From NCBI RefSeq assembly GCF_004010195.1, contig NC_057737.1:19938327-20002326 (forward strand): a stretch of 64,000 nucleotides of DNA. The letters are read 5' to 3'. Made by a program: the position numbers and the translations under genes. The notes under the pieces are model-generated. The model had not been told where the DNA came from. It was given only the letters and a program-made list of their open reading frames with translations, and did no database searches. The stretch comes from Chiloscyllium plagiosum. Its lineage: Eukaryota. Positions 26,645 to 39,719 of this stretch are shown piece after piece. Every line of letters starts with the position of its first letter. The stretch's first letter is position 1.

Positions 26645-27192
26645 TAGTGTTCAATAGACAATAGTTGGATGCAGTTGGGGGGTAATATAATAGTTTGATG
26701 GGAGGGTGGAGTGGATAGGTGGGAAGGACGGTGGACGGGTAGGACAGTTCAAGAGAGTGGTGCCAAGTTGGAAGGTTGGATCTGAGATGAGGTGGGGGGA
26801 GGGGAGAGTTGGAAACCAGTGAAGTGGACGTTGATGCCGCGTGGTTGAAGGGTCCCAAGGTGGAAGGTGAGGCATTATTCCTTCAGTTGGTGGGTGGCTT
26901 TGATTTGGCGGTGGAGGAGGCCCAAGATTTGCATGTCCTTGGGGGAGTAGGCAGAGGAGTTGAAATGGTTGGCCATAGGGCAGTGGGGTTGTTTAGTGTG
27001 TGGGTCCTAGAGATGTTCCCTCAAATGTTCTGTGAGTTGGCATCCTGTCTCCCTGATGTAGAAGAGACCACATCGAGATCAACGGACACAGTGGATAAGG
27101 TAGGTGTATGCGCAGGAAAATCTCTGCCGGATGTGAAAAGATCCACTGGAGCCTGGGATGGAGGTGAGGGGAGAGGTGTGGGAGCAGGACAC
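26645..27192 (-). mobile_element. Penelope-like element fragment (GIY-YIG region and 3' UTR)
   Basis: Reverse complement is homologous to 7830-8390 and 44360-44780 (e.g. tacatcagggagacaggatgccaactcacagaacatttgagggaacatctc). Confidence 0.85.
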
Positions 27193-27290
27193 AGTTAGAT
27201 AAACATTTAATCTGACATCATTTTGGACTCTATTAATCTTGAAACTCCCTCTGGGTTAGTAGATTAACATTTCCTCAGTAACCACAGTGA

Positions 27291-27524
<234 letters not shown>

Positions 27525-29187
27525 TAATGTTCTACAATAACACAGTAACTTACCTGGTACAATAGGTAGACAGGAAAATGCCAGTAGTGCTCCAGGATGA
27601 CTCATTCCTTCTCAGCTGTGAATTGCAGAGCTGAAAATATGTTTAAAAGAATTCCATATTTATCTTTTCGCCACAGGAAAGTGAATGATTTGTAAATGCC
27701 ATGGTACTTTTCTGGCTGCTTTATTTTCAGCAGTTACCTCCTGATTCGAGAAAGACTTGATCCTTAAGTGAAATCCCACCTGGAATGCAATCACATCCAT
27801 TCAACACTTTGGTTCATTTTAGTTTAGGTTAGAAAGACAACTGAGACAGAGACCTCAGCTGGAGACAGAGTGAATCTGCCAGAGTTGTACAAGGCACCAG
27901 TCAGACTCAAACATAAATCCAGATTGGCACAAACTAATGGTTATAGCAATCCCCTGTGGCGATTATTTATAAAATAATAACTAAGGATAAAATAACTTGA
28001 AACATACGATAAATCATAAAGGAATGATTCAGTTTGTGAAACATGCATAAATGTTCTTTGCTGGTTCGGTTATTTTTAAGACAGTCATATTTATAGTATA
28101 GGCTAGATTTTATTGACGGACAGATCACAACCACCCCCCCGCCCAATCCTAAACTAAATAGTCTGTTAACACTTTGTCAATGGTGGGGTGGGGTGTCTGG
28201 ATTAATCCAGAGTCAGACCTCGCTCCCTCAAGGGCAAGGAGGCCCATTCTGTCGTTCTAGATGCAGCAGAAGGCATAGAGGTTACTGCAGTGAGTACGAC
28301 CAGTGCCCATGAAGACATGAGGGTGTCTTTGGGACCTCAGACCAGGGATATTAGGCTCGAATAGCTGGGAGACACCAGTGAAATAGGGGAAGGGGCATGG
28401 GGAATCAGGTTAGAGAGACCAGGGTCAGAAGAGGAAAAGGGGAGGTTTACCACCTTGGGGTTGGGATTGAGCAACACCACCACCCACTGCCAATCGGCAC
28501 AACCTGCAAAGCAGGCACCTTCCTACTTGACTATCAAAGCAGTATCATTCCAAGAAACGCATCAACGGTCATTCCGTGTGCACAACGTCTTCACTTGTCC
28601 TGCGATGTCATTCTGCTGTTTTACAATCAGGCCAGCTTCCACATGCAGCTTCTTTGTCAATAGCCAAAAGTCGATGACATCTTTAATCACCAACCACAGT
28701 TATTTATATGGAAAGCGTCTAAGCTCTCGTTGCTAAATCTTGACTGAAAACTATCATTATTGCAAAAGGAATTTTTAATGTCGGATGAACTGCAGCACCA
28801 TCTATACTCAACATGATGCAGTGCAAGAGTCAATTGTGTGAACTGGAAATGAGAGTTGTAATGATAGCTATTAAAGCTGGTCACCAGGATTCAATGACTG
28901 AATCATTTGTATAAACACACAGATTTATGACATTGTCAACAGCACTTTTTGTCTCACACAAAGAATTAGCGATACATTTGAAGATGACATTATGTGCCAC
29001 TTACTGCATATATTAAACTTAAAAAAAAATGAACGTGTTCAAAGATGATGCAGAGAAAAGCACCTTTGCTTTCCTCAGAAGTGACAGCTGATTAACTGGG
29101 AATAAATTAGACTAAGTACATTAACAAAAACTGGATGAGTGCAGCCCCATGGTCTACTGCTCAGATCCCACGGTCACTGAAGTGCTG

Positions 29188-29504
29188 TTAGATTAGATTA
29201 GATTACTTACAGAGTGGAAACAGGCCCTTCGGCCCAACAAGTCCACACCGACCCGCCGAAGCGCAACCCACCCATACCCCTACATCTACCCCTTACCTAA
29301 CACTATGGGCAATTTAGCATGGCCAATTCACCTGGCCTGCACATCTTTGGACTGTGGGAGGAAAGCGGAGCACCCGGAGGAAACCCACGCAGACACGGGG
29401 AGAACGTGCAAACTCCACACAGTCAGTCGCCTGAGGCGGGAATTGAACCCGGGTCTCTGGCGCTGTGAGGCAGCAGTGCTAACCACTGTGCCACCGTGCC
29501 GCCC
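29188..29504 (-). mobile_element. HE1-type V-SINE, young near-intact copy
   Basis: Minus strand GGGCGGCACGGTGGCACAGTGGTTAGC (A box)...GGGTTCAATTCCCG (B box), then the V-domain and a (TCTAA)n tail. Many CpGs are retained. Confidence 0.92.
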
Positions 29505-29887
29505 GTAACTGAGTGACCTTTGTACTACTTTGACTGTCTCTGTTAGAGCAGGAATCGATGTGATGTAACTCAGGAATGCAATGGAGCCCACAGCATAGAA
29601 TTCCCGACACCATCTTATCCCAGGAAGTAAAGTAGCCTCAGCAATTCATTCCTCCTTCCTCACAGTCACTTCAAGTGAAGTAGGTTTGGGGAGAGATGAC
29701 TTGGTCATTGTTTCCAGTAGAATGTGGACTACCCAAATTGCAATGAAACTGTCTGTCCTTTGCTCATCAGGAATCGTGTTGTAAGATACCTAACCTCCTA
29801 AAAGAACACTGTATGACAAATGAGAGGCTGGCTTCTTGGAGACTAGGCTGTCCCCTGCATGCTTGGTTGATGACAACTCTGAGCAGG

Positions 29888-30543
29888 TGTTATGGACTAG
29901 GCCAGACCACTCAAAACATTCTTAAGTAGGCAGCCCAGACTATAACTTTGCAATTTGTTTCACTAAATGCACGGTGAAAATTACGCAGAGTAAGTTAGCA
30001 AGGTTGACTACCTGGTTAAAAACAGACAAAAAATTATTCACAAAATTACACCATGAAACACAAAAAACAGATTAAAGAACCCCTACAGAACTCAGTCTAT
30101 CCAAGCTAGACTTAATTATGCTGTTCCAAATACAAACAACAGTCCCAATAAGCAAACCCGCTTAGAAACCAGTATAAATGAATAGAACAGATGCTTATAG
30201 GTTGAAGTTAGACAGGCAGAGAGAGAGAGAGCGCATTTGTTTCCACATAGCTCACTGTTGAATTCACAAGTAGTTCTGGACTGGACTGAACTGAACTGCT
30301 CAGCTAGAGAGCTGACCACTCCCCTTTCATTGTACAGGTCACTTCTAAAACATGACTGCTTTGGCCTGAAGTCTCATCTGTTTACATATAAACAAAAAGG
30401 CCTCTCAATACGCTTTAATCCCTGTACCAAACCAGACTAATTGGCACCGAGAATGGTTTATTACCCATCTGAAAAAAAAATAAGGACATAGTATCCTTGA
30501 GAAAAGGAACAGCTTTTAGAGAAAAGAACCCAGCTTTGTGACA
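29888..30543. mobile_element. Probable solo LTR related to 2401-3023
   Basis: TGTTATGGACTAGGCCAGACCACTCAAAACATTCTTAAG...TTTGTGACA with TG...CA termini. Flanks (cagg/gaga) do not form a clean TSD. Confidence 0.6.
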
Positions 30544-31416
30544 GAGACTAGGCTTGATACCACCTTGCTCTGCAATCAATTCCAGGCCCCAACCAAGAGC
30601 TCTCATCAAGCAGATCATTGAAGTCGTTGAACACTGGTTCTGCTGCCTGGACAGATCTAATTGCATAGCACAGGGAAGCTCACATAACATGCATCCCACA
30701 TAATGGTGGCTTACTGTTTTCTGTCCAATTTTGGTTCCACATGAGGACACACAAGTAGGACTTTGAGGGTGAAGCAGGAAGATTATAACATCTTTCGGCA
30801 GGCAGAACACTTGAGTAGCACGCAGAAATTCAGCTCAATAACCCCAGCTCTCCATATTTAACAATCAGGTCAAACATCTTCCCCAGTCCTTTCACACAAC
30901 AAATTGCATCCAGCCAAAGACTGTTATTATTTGTGCAAACTAATGTTGCAGGGTCACCAGTTACTTTTACAGTGTTCCATACACAAAGCTTTCAAGGAGG
31001 TTTTGTAATTGGAATGACTGATCATTACTACTGTTAATTATTACCTTGATAATAGCCACAAGTGGCTATCTAATGTGGTCATGAGCAAGTCTAGTGCTTT
31101 CACAAGGTTTGCTTCAAGTGGTTGCAGCGTGGGAGGTGCAAGGTAACTGCACTTAGTAACCTCTGGGCCTTTAGCACTGAGAGGTCCCACTCCAGGTTCA
31201 GTAGTTATTGGAGCGCTTCATGTTTCTGGCACCAGTGTAAAGCAGTGCTTTAAGGAAAAAGGGAAATAGAGGCTGCAGCCATAATCTTATCAAATGCAGA
31301 TTATGCTCAGTGAATTGGATAGCCCACTCATCCCTCCCACTCCAAGTTCCTCTCCAGCTTTGAGGAGATAGCCTGGCACTAGGAAAGCAGACATAGACAA
31401 TATTTGGGCTTCACAC

Positions 31417-31853
31417 TCATTGCTGTGGAGAACATTGTCTGTGTCCCCTACCACAGCCATGTTCCTATTGCTGTGGGGAACATTATCTGTGCCCCCTACC
31501 ACAGTTATGTTCCTATTGCTGAGGGGAACATTATCTGTGCCCCCTACACAGCTATGTTCCTATTGCTGTGGGGAACATTATCTGTGCCCCCTACCACAGC
31601 CATGTTCCTATTGCTGTGGGGAACATTACCTGTGCCCCCTACCACAGCCATGTTCCTATTGCTGAGGGGAACATTATCTGTGCCCCCTACCACAGCTATG
31701 TTCCTATTGCTGAGGGGAACATTATCTGTGCCCCCTACTACAGCTATGTTCCTATTGCTGTGGGGAACATTATCTGTGCCCCGTGCCACAGCTATGCTCC
31801 TATTGCTGTGGGGAACATTATCTGTGCCCCCCTACCACAGCTATGTGCCTATT
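31417..31853. repeat. 48-bp minisatellite, ~9 copies
   Basis: Unit CTATTGCTGTGGGGAACATTATCTGTGCCCCCTACCACAGC(C/T)ATGTTC repeated head to tail with few substitutions and two 1-bp indels. Confidence 0.97.
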
Positions 31854-32098
31854 TCTTCCTCACACTTGGATAACTTCCTGGACCACAGTGCCATTGTCTG
31901 TTTGCCCAGTCCTCCCCCTAGTGTCCATTCTTACCCACACAGTTTGCAAGAACCCAGTAATTGTTGGACAGTTGTAGGGTCCAGGCTGCATGAAGGCAGC
32001 CAGCTGGCCCCTCACACTTGCGTCACTTGCAGTCACTCCCTACTATCCCTACTCATGACCTAAATCTGCGGGGTGAGACTGCCTCCTGGAACAAATTA

Positions 32099-32246
32099 GA
32101 CAAGCAGGAGGCTGGAAGAACACAGCAAACCAAGGAAGTTACACCTGCAACGTCGACTTCTCTATCTCCTGATGCTGACTGGCTTGCTGTGTTCTTCCGG
32201 CTTCCTGCTTGTCTACCTTGGATTCCAGTATCTGCAGTTTTCTTGT
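32099..32246 (+). mobile_element. Short fold-back PLE-terminus element with TSD
   Basis: agacaagcaggaggctggaagaacacagcaa versus ttgctgtgttcttccggcttcctgcttgtct form inverted arms. Flanks ctcctggaacaaatta (32083-32098) and ctcctgcaacaaatta (32247-32262). Confidence 0.75.
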
Positions 32247-33239
32247 CTCCTGCAACAAATTATCCAGGTAACTTTCTGCTTCCTTGATGTAATCTCTATT
32301 TTCCTGTCCATTCCCTGCCCTTTGACTCATCAATCAAATATATCTCTACATCTGCTTTAAAAATATCCAATGACACACCTCCATCAGTCCCTAAGGAAGG
32401 GGGTTCCACAGATCAATGACCCTCTAAGTGAAAGAAATATGACCCTCATCTCTCTCTTAAATGGGAGACTGCTGCATCCCTCCAGTTCTCAACTTCCTAA
32501 AATGATGAAACTTCTTCCAGCATCTATCCTATCAAGTCCAGTCAGGATCTTATATGTTTCAATAAGATCATCTTTTAATCATGAACCTAAATTGTGGTGG
32601 ATACAGGCCTGATCTGTCTAACCTTTCCTCATAAGACCTCCCCTTCATCTCAGGAATAAGCTGTATCATTCTACCTACCTCTATCCACGCTCCCCTACAC
32701 AACAGGCAACACCAAGTCCCAAAGTGTGTGACACACCTAGAAAAAGAGGATCAAGGATAAGCATGTAGTGACAAGGTAGAAGCTTCTGGACCATAGACTC
32801 CCATTGTAAGCATGAATAAAGGATAATAAGGCAAGACCCTAAACATTCTGCACTGTGTGGTCTACGGCTTCACCATCTGTGTTTATGAGACTGGCAGCTC
32901 CAACTGAGTGATGATCAGTTGTAGTTGTCACTGTCTCTTTACTAGAGCAGATTTTAGGGACTGAATGACAGAGTCTCTTCTGCTTTGTTTGTATCACTGC
33001 CACAGATTAACATCAGAATCTTGCCACCATATTTTATGTGGCTCACAGAAGGTTAGATATTGGCTAGTGCTTTGTAGATAACTCTACAGCCTCCATTGAA
33101 ATAGTACGATTGGATCTTTTACATTCACCTCAAAAGGGTGGGCTTTGGATTTAACCTCTCATTGAAAAGGCAGCAGCTCTGACAGTGGATTGCTCCCTCA
33201 CTATTGCACGAGACCGTCTTGGTTTTCGTGTATTGAGTC

Positions 33240-33527
33240 CACGCCAACCCTCTGAAGAGCATCCCATCCAGACCCACATCACTGTCCCTGTAACCCTGCA
33301 TTTCCCATGGCTGACCCACCTAAACTGCAGGCTATGGGGCAATTTCAGCATGGCCTATCCACCTAACCTGCACATCTTTGGACTGTGGGAGGAAACTGGA
33401 ACACCAGGTGGAAACCCATGCAGAATGTGCAAACTCTGCATGGACCATCACCCAAAGGTGGTTTCGAACCCAGGTCCCTGGTGCTGTGAGGCAGCACTGC
33501 TATCTACTGAGCCACCATGCCACCCCT
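33240..33527 (-). mobile_element. HE1-type V-SINE
   Basis: gcatggcctatccacctaacctgcacatctttggactgtgggaggaaac...gaacccaggtccctggtgctgtgaggcagc, homologous to 29188-29504. Confidence 0.88.
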
Positions 33528-35246
33528 TAGGGACTGTGGAACTATCACACACTATAGAGTGAATATAGTGAACTCCATCAGCACCAGCCAAAAAGCATCA
33601 GTTAGTTCAGCTGCCTGACTCAGTGCCTCATTGAAGTTTGGGTTCTTAAAACTGAATCCCTTTCATTTTTTTTCTTATGTCTCATGTAGAAGAGCAAACA
33701 ATAAAATCATCACTAAGTGATTTATATCTAAAGAATTTTTATTCACACTCCATTTAACACACGGAAGGTAAAATGTCAAATTCTTCAGCTTATCACTGAA
33801 TTCTGTGTGTCATGGTCAATTTGGCAAAATTACATTTAACAGTTTGAGTAAAAGAATATTGTGAAGTTAGCGCCACCTGCTGGAGTTTAATATCATTACA
33901 CCCAGAATTAATACTGTCCCTGAGGTCTGACAGGCTTAACCTGACTGTCTCATCTACTTCTGTTGGCACATCACAATTCTCCTTCTTCTCCAAGACTTAA
34001 AACTGTTCTTCATTCAAGCCCATGATGGGGCCTCGGTCTGATGTAATGCTGCTCCAAATTTCAGGGCACTTTGTGTGGTCACCATTGACTGACCCAACTG
34101 AGTTATTGTGGGATGCCCATGAGTGAGAAGACAGGCAAGTGGGTCTTTAAATTAGGGTACCATACCATCAGCAGTGTGCTCATCAAATACCACACAAGTA
34201 ACCACCACTCACAAAGCCATTGGTGCCTTTAAAGGTGAATTCTCTTAAAGGCAGATGTATCTACAACAAGTGTTGTAGATACTCAATAATCCAATTTTCT
34301 TCCAAATAGTTACACATTATAATTGGCCGTAATTAAATACGGCACACTGTTTGTAATTTGGGTACACTTATTTTAAGAACACCCATCTGACTAGACATAC
34401 TCTATGTGAGTACGTCACAGATTAAAAACGAGTTACTGCATCTAACACTACAAATCCAATCAAAATCAACATTTTAATAAAAATTTCCAACGGACTTCAG
34501 GCCAATTCACGTCCAGCAATCTGCTCTGAAAACTCTTCTCATATTTCCACAGCTGTGACAAATTCCACTACTACAGCAATAACAATCACAATTTGAAAAC
34601 AGTCAAGAGCAATGAAAATACAACAACCCACAACATAGTTTTTTTTAAAAAAGCTAATTCGCTTTATCTTCCAACGATAATGAATCCACTAAAAAAAACA
34701 GGATCCAGACCAGATCATCATCTTTGCCATTACCTAGTCATTCCTTCAGAGAGCCGCAGTCCATCCATGTCCATCTTGTTGAAATTTGACCAATAGTTTT
34801 TGAGATTTATTGTTTACAGGCAAACAGACTAACACAGGGCTAAAACATTCCCTTCTCGTGCCTTCAGTGGGGGAGATGATTGTCTTCTAAGATGCAAATT
34901 AATGCGGGGAAATTGCCCATATTCACAGACCTCTGCTGAGCCCTGCCTGCACAGTATACAAACAGATTGCAGGTAAAATTTATTTCTGACAAAAGCAATT
35001 TTGACAGTATATATAGTAGATGATGTTCGTTCTGTCACTCAAATTTCCCAAAATGATTAAGAATATCCCACACTTGTTTCCTCTAGCCTTTCCCTTCAGT
35101 GGAATAAAACTGAGACAGTACTGTGGAAAAATACCTCACTGCACCGTAGCTATTATTTTTTGCTTTTTAGATTTAGGAAGATATGGAGATACGTAAAACC
35201 TACAGAATTTTAAAAGATAGTTGAACAAACTAGCAATATAATTTTA

Positions 35247-35443
35247 TGATTTGGAGATGCCGGTGTTGGACTGGGGTGTACAAAGTTAAAAATCACACAA
35301 CACCAGGTTATAGTCCAACAGGCTTTATTGGAAGCACACTAGCTTTCGGAGCACCGCCTGATGAAGGAGCGGCGCTCTGAAAGCTAGTGTGCTTCCAGTT
35401 AAACCAGTTGGACTATAACCTGGTGTTGTGTGATTTTTAACTT
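35247..35443. mobile_element. 197-bp hairpin element (PLE-derived) with 12-bp TSD
   Basis: Arms 35283-35352 and ~35374-35443 are near-perfect inverted repeats. Flanks aatataatttta (35235-35246) and aataaaatttta (35444-35455). Same family as 24560 and 25011. Confidence 0.88.
35355..35389 (+). ncRNA. Minimal type I hammerhead ribozyme motif, intact core, sense to sez6
   Basis: CGC-CUGAUGA-A-GGAGC(GGC)GCUCU-GAAA-GC-UA-GUG. Stem I CGC:GUG, 5-bp stem II, palindromic AGCU stem III. Predicted cleavage after 35386. Confidence 0.7.
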
Positions 35444-36090
35444 AATAAAATTTTAATTCACTTTTAAGGAAAAACACATCACCAATATATTTTTTATTTA
35501 AACTTTAAAGCAATTTCTTTAATATTAAATGCAACTTTTTTACCATATTTGAGTTGTTAGAGATGATGATTTGTTGTTCTCTCAGACAAATTTCTCCCTC
35601 CTCATCCTCACCCCACAATGAGTATTGACTTATCATGGAATATAGCTCTGTGGATGAAAGTGCCCCTGCTCAGTGAGTTTTCAAGAATTATTTAATAAAT
35701 GGAGCTTTTATCCAAACTAGCTTCAAGTTGACTAGAAGCTAGTTTCAAGCTGACTTCCAACTGAAGCCATTAATTAATGACCAGAAAATGAGCCTTTGTC
35801 AGTTTTTGCTTAGCTAACTCAGCTTTCACTGAGACCAAATATAGAATTCCTCACCCTGTCTTGGCTGTTGCAGGGTAACTCATAATCAAGGAAGGGGCTT
35901 TTCCTGGTCAAGTTAGTTTGATAATTCTTCTATGAAGTGTCCTACTGTGTTAAAATGCTGTGGAAACGCAAGTTATTGTTTTTATTACACAACTCCGCCA
36001 TTGGAAAATGTCTACATTTTGAGAATTGAGAGCAGCAGCAATAGAGGACACAGTAGTGAGCAGCAGGGTTTGGTCAGGGAACTTAACACT

Positions 36091-36432
36091 GGGGGGAGCA
36101 CGCAGGCTCAGTGGTTAGCACTGCTGCCTCACAGCACCAGGGACCCGGGTTTGATTCCTGCCTGGGGTGACTATCTGTGTGGAATTTGCATATTCTCCCT
36201 GTGTCTGCATGGGTTTCCTCCGGGTGCTCCGGTTTCCTCCCACAATCCAAAGATGTGCAGGTTAGGTGAACTGGCCATGCTAAATTTCCCATAGTATTAG
36301 GTGCATTAGTCAGAGGTAAGTATAGGGTAGGGGAATGTGTCTGGATGGGTTACTCTTCGGAAGGTCGGTGTGGACTTATTGGGCCAAAAGGCCTGCCTCC
36401 ATACTGTAGGGACTCTAATCTCTAATCTAAAA
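36091..36432 (+). mobile_element. HE1-type V-SINE ending ~73 bp upstream of a sez6 exon
   Basis: caggctcagtggttagcactgctgcctcacagcaccagggacccgggtttgattcc, then the V-domain and a ctctaatctctaatctaa tail. Confidence 0.9.
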
Positions 36433-36505
36433 ATCCAGTTGATGGCAATACAGCACAGTTCAATTCAGATCATCTTAATTTTATTTTTCTGTTTTCTCAA
36501 CCCAG

Positions 36506-36697
36506 TCATATTCTGCACCGATCCCGGTAACGTCGATCACAGCCGCAGGATTATCACTGATCCCAAGTTTTCAATTGGCTCCACAGTGCAGTACATTTGT
36601 AACAAAGGCTACGCTCTGGCCGGGAGCAATATACTGACTTGTTACAACAGGCAGTCTGGGAATCCTAAGTGGAGTGACAGGGTTCCTAAGTGTATCC
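36506..36697 (+). CDS. sez6: SEZ6 exon: Sushi/CCP domain (192 nt)
   Basis: Acceptor gttttctcaacccAG, donor C|GTgagt. Encodes (I)IFCTDPGNVDHSRRIITDPKFSIGSTVQYICNKGYALAGSNILTCYNRQSGNPKWSDRVPKCI. Phase 1-1. Confidence 0.95.
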
Positions 36698-37158
36698 GTG
36701 AGTACAGAACCTTTGCTAGTTATCTTTGGTGTTCTAAACGTCATATTAGATTTGTTGTGCATGTAAACCTTTCACCTGGGAAGCTTCTCTCTTTGTGTTG
36801 GCTTGTGCAGAATAGAAATGAGCTATTCCCATCTATCTTGCACCATATCCTTCGGCATCAACTCTCACCCTTTCAGTCAATAAATTGGCTCACGTTGCAA
36901 ATTCACTTCAGAAGAGGTAATAATTGAGGGGAGGAAAGGTTCCACGAGAGAAGTATTTATTTATTCGGCATTTCCAAAGTAACGTAAACCTTTATTTCTG
37001 CCATTATTCTAGGAAATCTGTACCCTCACAAAAGCTTTTAACTCATTTCTGAAGGGCAGTGCCCAAAATTGGACACACAACTCCACCCAAGACAGAGTTA
37101 GTGTTAGGTATAGGTTTAGTATCTGCTTTTTGTTATACCTTGTCCCTCTATTTGTAAA

Positions 37159-37303
37159 GCTGGAGATCAGAGCTAATGATGAAGAAGGGCTCATGCCCGA
37201 AACATCGATTCTCCTGCTCCTTGGATGCTGCCTGACCTGCTGCGCTTTTCCAGCAACACATTTTCAGCTCTGATCTCCAGCATCTGCAGTCCTCACTTTC
37301 TCC
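37159..37303 (+). mobile_element. PLE-terminus/hammerhead module with 5' inversion, inserted in a CR1 remnant
   Basis: Exact flanking repeat tccctctatttgtaaagc (37143-37160 and 37301-37318). gctggagatcagagct is inverted relative to agctctgatctccagc. Core reads aTGAAGA-agggctcatgccc-GAAACATC. Confidence 0.85.
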
Positions 37304-37400
37304 CTCTATTTGTAAAGCCTAGGATCTCATTTGCTTCATTAATTGCTCTGTTAACCTGTTCGGACACCTTTGCATCTCCCTCTACTTGCACCACCTTTAC

Positions 37401-37715
37401 GTTTTTTTATTCATTCATGTGGGCATCATTGTCTAGGCCAGCATTGATTGCCCGGAGGGCAGTTAAGAGTCAACCACATTGCTGTGGGAGTCGCGTTTAG
37501 TCCAGAGCAGGTAAGGACAGCGGTTTCCTTCCCTCAATGGCAGTAGCGAACCAGGTGAGTTTTTCCTACAATTGACAATGAATTCATGGTCATCAGTTGA
37601 CTCTTAATTTCATATTCCACCATCTGCCATGGCAGGATTTGAACCCGGATCCTCAGAACGTTACGTGGGTCTGTGGATTAACAGTCCAGTGATAATGCCA
37701 TGAGGCCATCACCTC
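37401..37715 (-). mobile_element. tRNA-derived SINE with CR1-like tail
   Basis: B-box-like gggttcaaatcc on the minus strand. Homologous to 43200-43331 + 44954-45165 and to 60280-60665. Confidence 0.75.
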
Positions 37716-38007
37716 GTGATGACGTTGAGGACGTTTCTGTCTCTGTTCATTCTCTCTTTCAAAATCACCATCGACTTTTCAGTTTTGAACTTGATCTGCC
37801 ATGTGTCCACTCATTGCACCAGGCCGTTACTGATATTTCATCATCACCGGAATAAGTTACTGTCAGAAGAGGTTGTGAGTGAATATAGTGCATGGGAAGG
37901 GAGGAAAGAGCGAAAGAAGTCTGTTACTCGATGGAAGGCAGGAACCTTGAGTTTTAACCAGTGGCTTTTGTATTTAAACATTAGATGTCACCTTTGCCTC
38001 CTTGTTG

Positions 38008-38300
38008 CTAGAACTAGGGGGCATAGCCTCAAAATAAGGGGGAGCAGATTCAGGACTGAGTTGAGAAGGAACTTCTTCACCCAAAGGTTTGTGAATCTGT
38101 GGAATTCCCTGCCCAGTCAAGCAGTTGAGGCTTCCTCATTGAATGTTTTTAAAGCAAAGATACATATATTTTTGAACAGTAAAGGAATTGAGGGTTATAG
38201 GAGCGGGCGGGTAAGTGGACCTGAGTCGATGAAAAGATCAGCCATGAACTCGATGGGCCAAATGGCCTATTCCTGTTCCTATTTCTTATGTCCTTATGTT
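38008..38300 (+). mobile_element. CR1 LINE 3' end
   Basis: RTRGHSLKIRGSRFRTELRRNFFTQRFVNLWNSLP, followed by a tail ending tttcttatgtccttatgtt. Confidence 0.9.
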
Positions 38301-39719
38301 ATCACTTTCATCTCTTAAGTCAGAAGGGGATTAATTCATGGGTCAAATCAGAAACTGGAAAACATAATCTAAACTACCAGTTTAATGCAACGCTAAGGAG
38401 GAGCAGCACTGAGAGAGAAAGAAAAATGAATACCTCTGAACTGGCAACTGAATTGTAACAGCTTGCTAATACAGTAAAAAGAGTCAGTTTATCCCTCTCA
38501 TGAGGGAGAAAGGTCCGGTCATTTTATTAATTGATTGTCATTTATAATCAGCTTCACGTCTGATATGATAATGAAGGGAAAATTGAAAAATTACTTGAGG
38601 TTAAGGTTATTTTGCAACATGCTGAGGGAAATGATGAAGTGGCAAGCTTTTCTTAAATTTTGTGCTATTTGAGGCTCATGAATTCAGATGTCACCTGCTC
38701 ACATAACTGCCACTTCCTACAGGGAGTGCATAAATCGAAAAGATCAACCTTGCATTTAAATTATTGTTATTTCTTCAGATGTTATGCTCAGTGATGCCAA
38801 TGAAGTACCTAGAAAATATCTTATCACAAGATGCGTAGAAATCGTTAAGATTAATCATTCAGAAATTACAGCAAGAGAGAATTGCTCAGTTTAGGAATGA
38901 AGTTTAAAAAAGGATTATCAAGACTGATATTCAGAGTGTCTCATTGCGTGGGGCTAAAAAGTGGATTTTGAGAATGCAGCAGAAGGCATCAATTATCACA
39001 ACACTAGCCAAAGTCACCACAGTTGTGTGTATCGAAAGAATTATTCCATGGTAGTCCTGCAGGAATCACCCCTGCTCTGTGTATAAAATATACAGTTTAG
39101 TTAACAGTCCTGGTTACCAAGACTTGCTCCATTCTCATCTCTAAGCACACTTAACAACATTCCCAAGACCAGAAAGTTATGAAGTGCGGGACTCAAAAAG
39201 AATGAGGTGGCTCAGTTTGGAAGAATGCAAGATCAATGAAGATGTTGTCAGGACATTGGAAGACATTAATGCAGTTCAACAAGAGAAAGCATCAGGGTTG
39301 GACTTGCAATGTTCTAAGTCACGAGAACTTGCTGAAGGAGACCACTGAAGAAAGACTAGAGAGATGTTGACTGAGAGTGCAACAGAATGATAGGAGTCAA
39401 CAACTGGAAATTGAAATCGCAAGGTTCTCATGAGGAAAGTAAAAAAATGCAAGGTGTGGAGAAATGAATAATTAATTTTTCTTTGCAGATCACTCCTGAG
39501 TACCATTGCTTTGTCTGACAAACCTGCCTCAAGAAATGAAAGATTTTGATCACACGTTTAAAGTAGGATGGTAGATACGACATCTTAGTAATCTTAGGAC
39601 CATTCTGAGTGTTAGACTTGTGTTCTGTCTGTGATCATGCAGGGATGAAATTGAGACTGAATTTAAAACCCAAATCAGTTCAGAATTGTGGCTCTGGCCT
39701 CCATTATTAGGAAGTGCTT

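Noticed and set aside
29420-29504. tRNA gene
   Set aside because: The A and B boxes belong to the tRNA-derived head of an HE1 SINE and are followed by the V-domain. No full cloverleaf is supported.
31417-31853. CRISPR-like array or repetitive membrane-protein ORF (31404-32063)
   Set aside because: Units are contiguous with no unique spacers, there are no cas genes and the context is a vertebrate intron. The ORFs arise because the 48-bp unit lacks stops.
36337-36927. 196-aa ORF as a single-exon gene
   Set aside because: It is a chimera of HE1 SINE tail, the real exon (36506-36697) and intron read-through.
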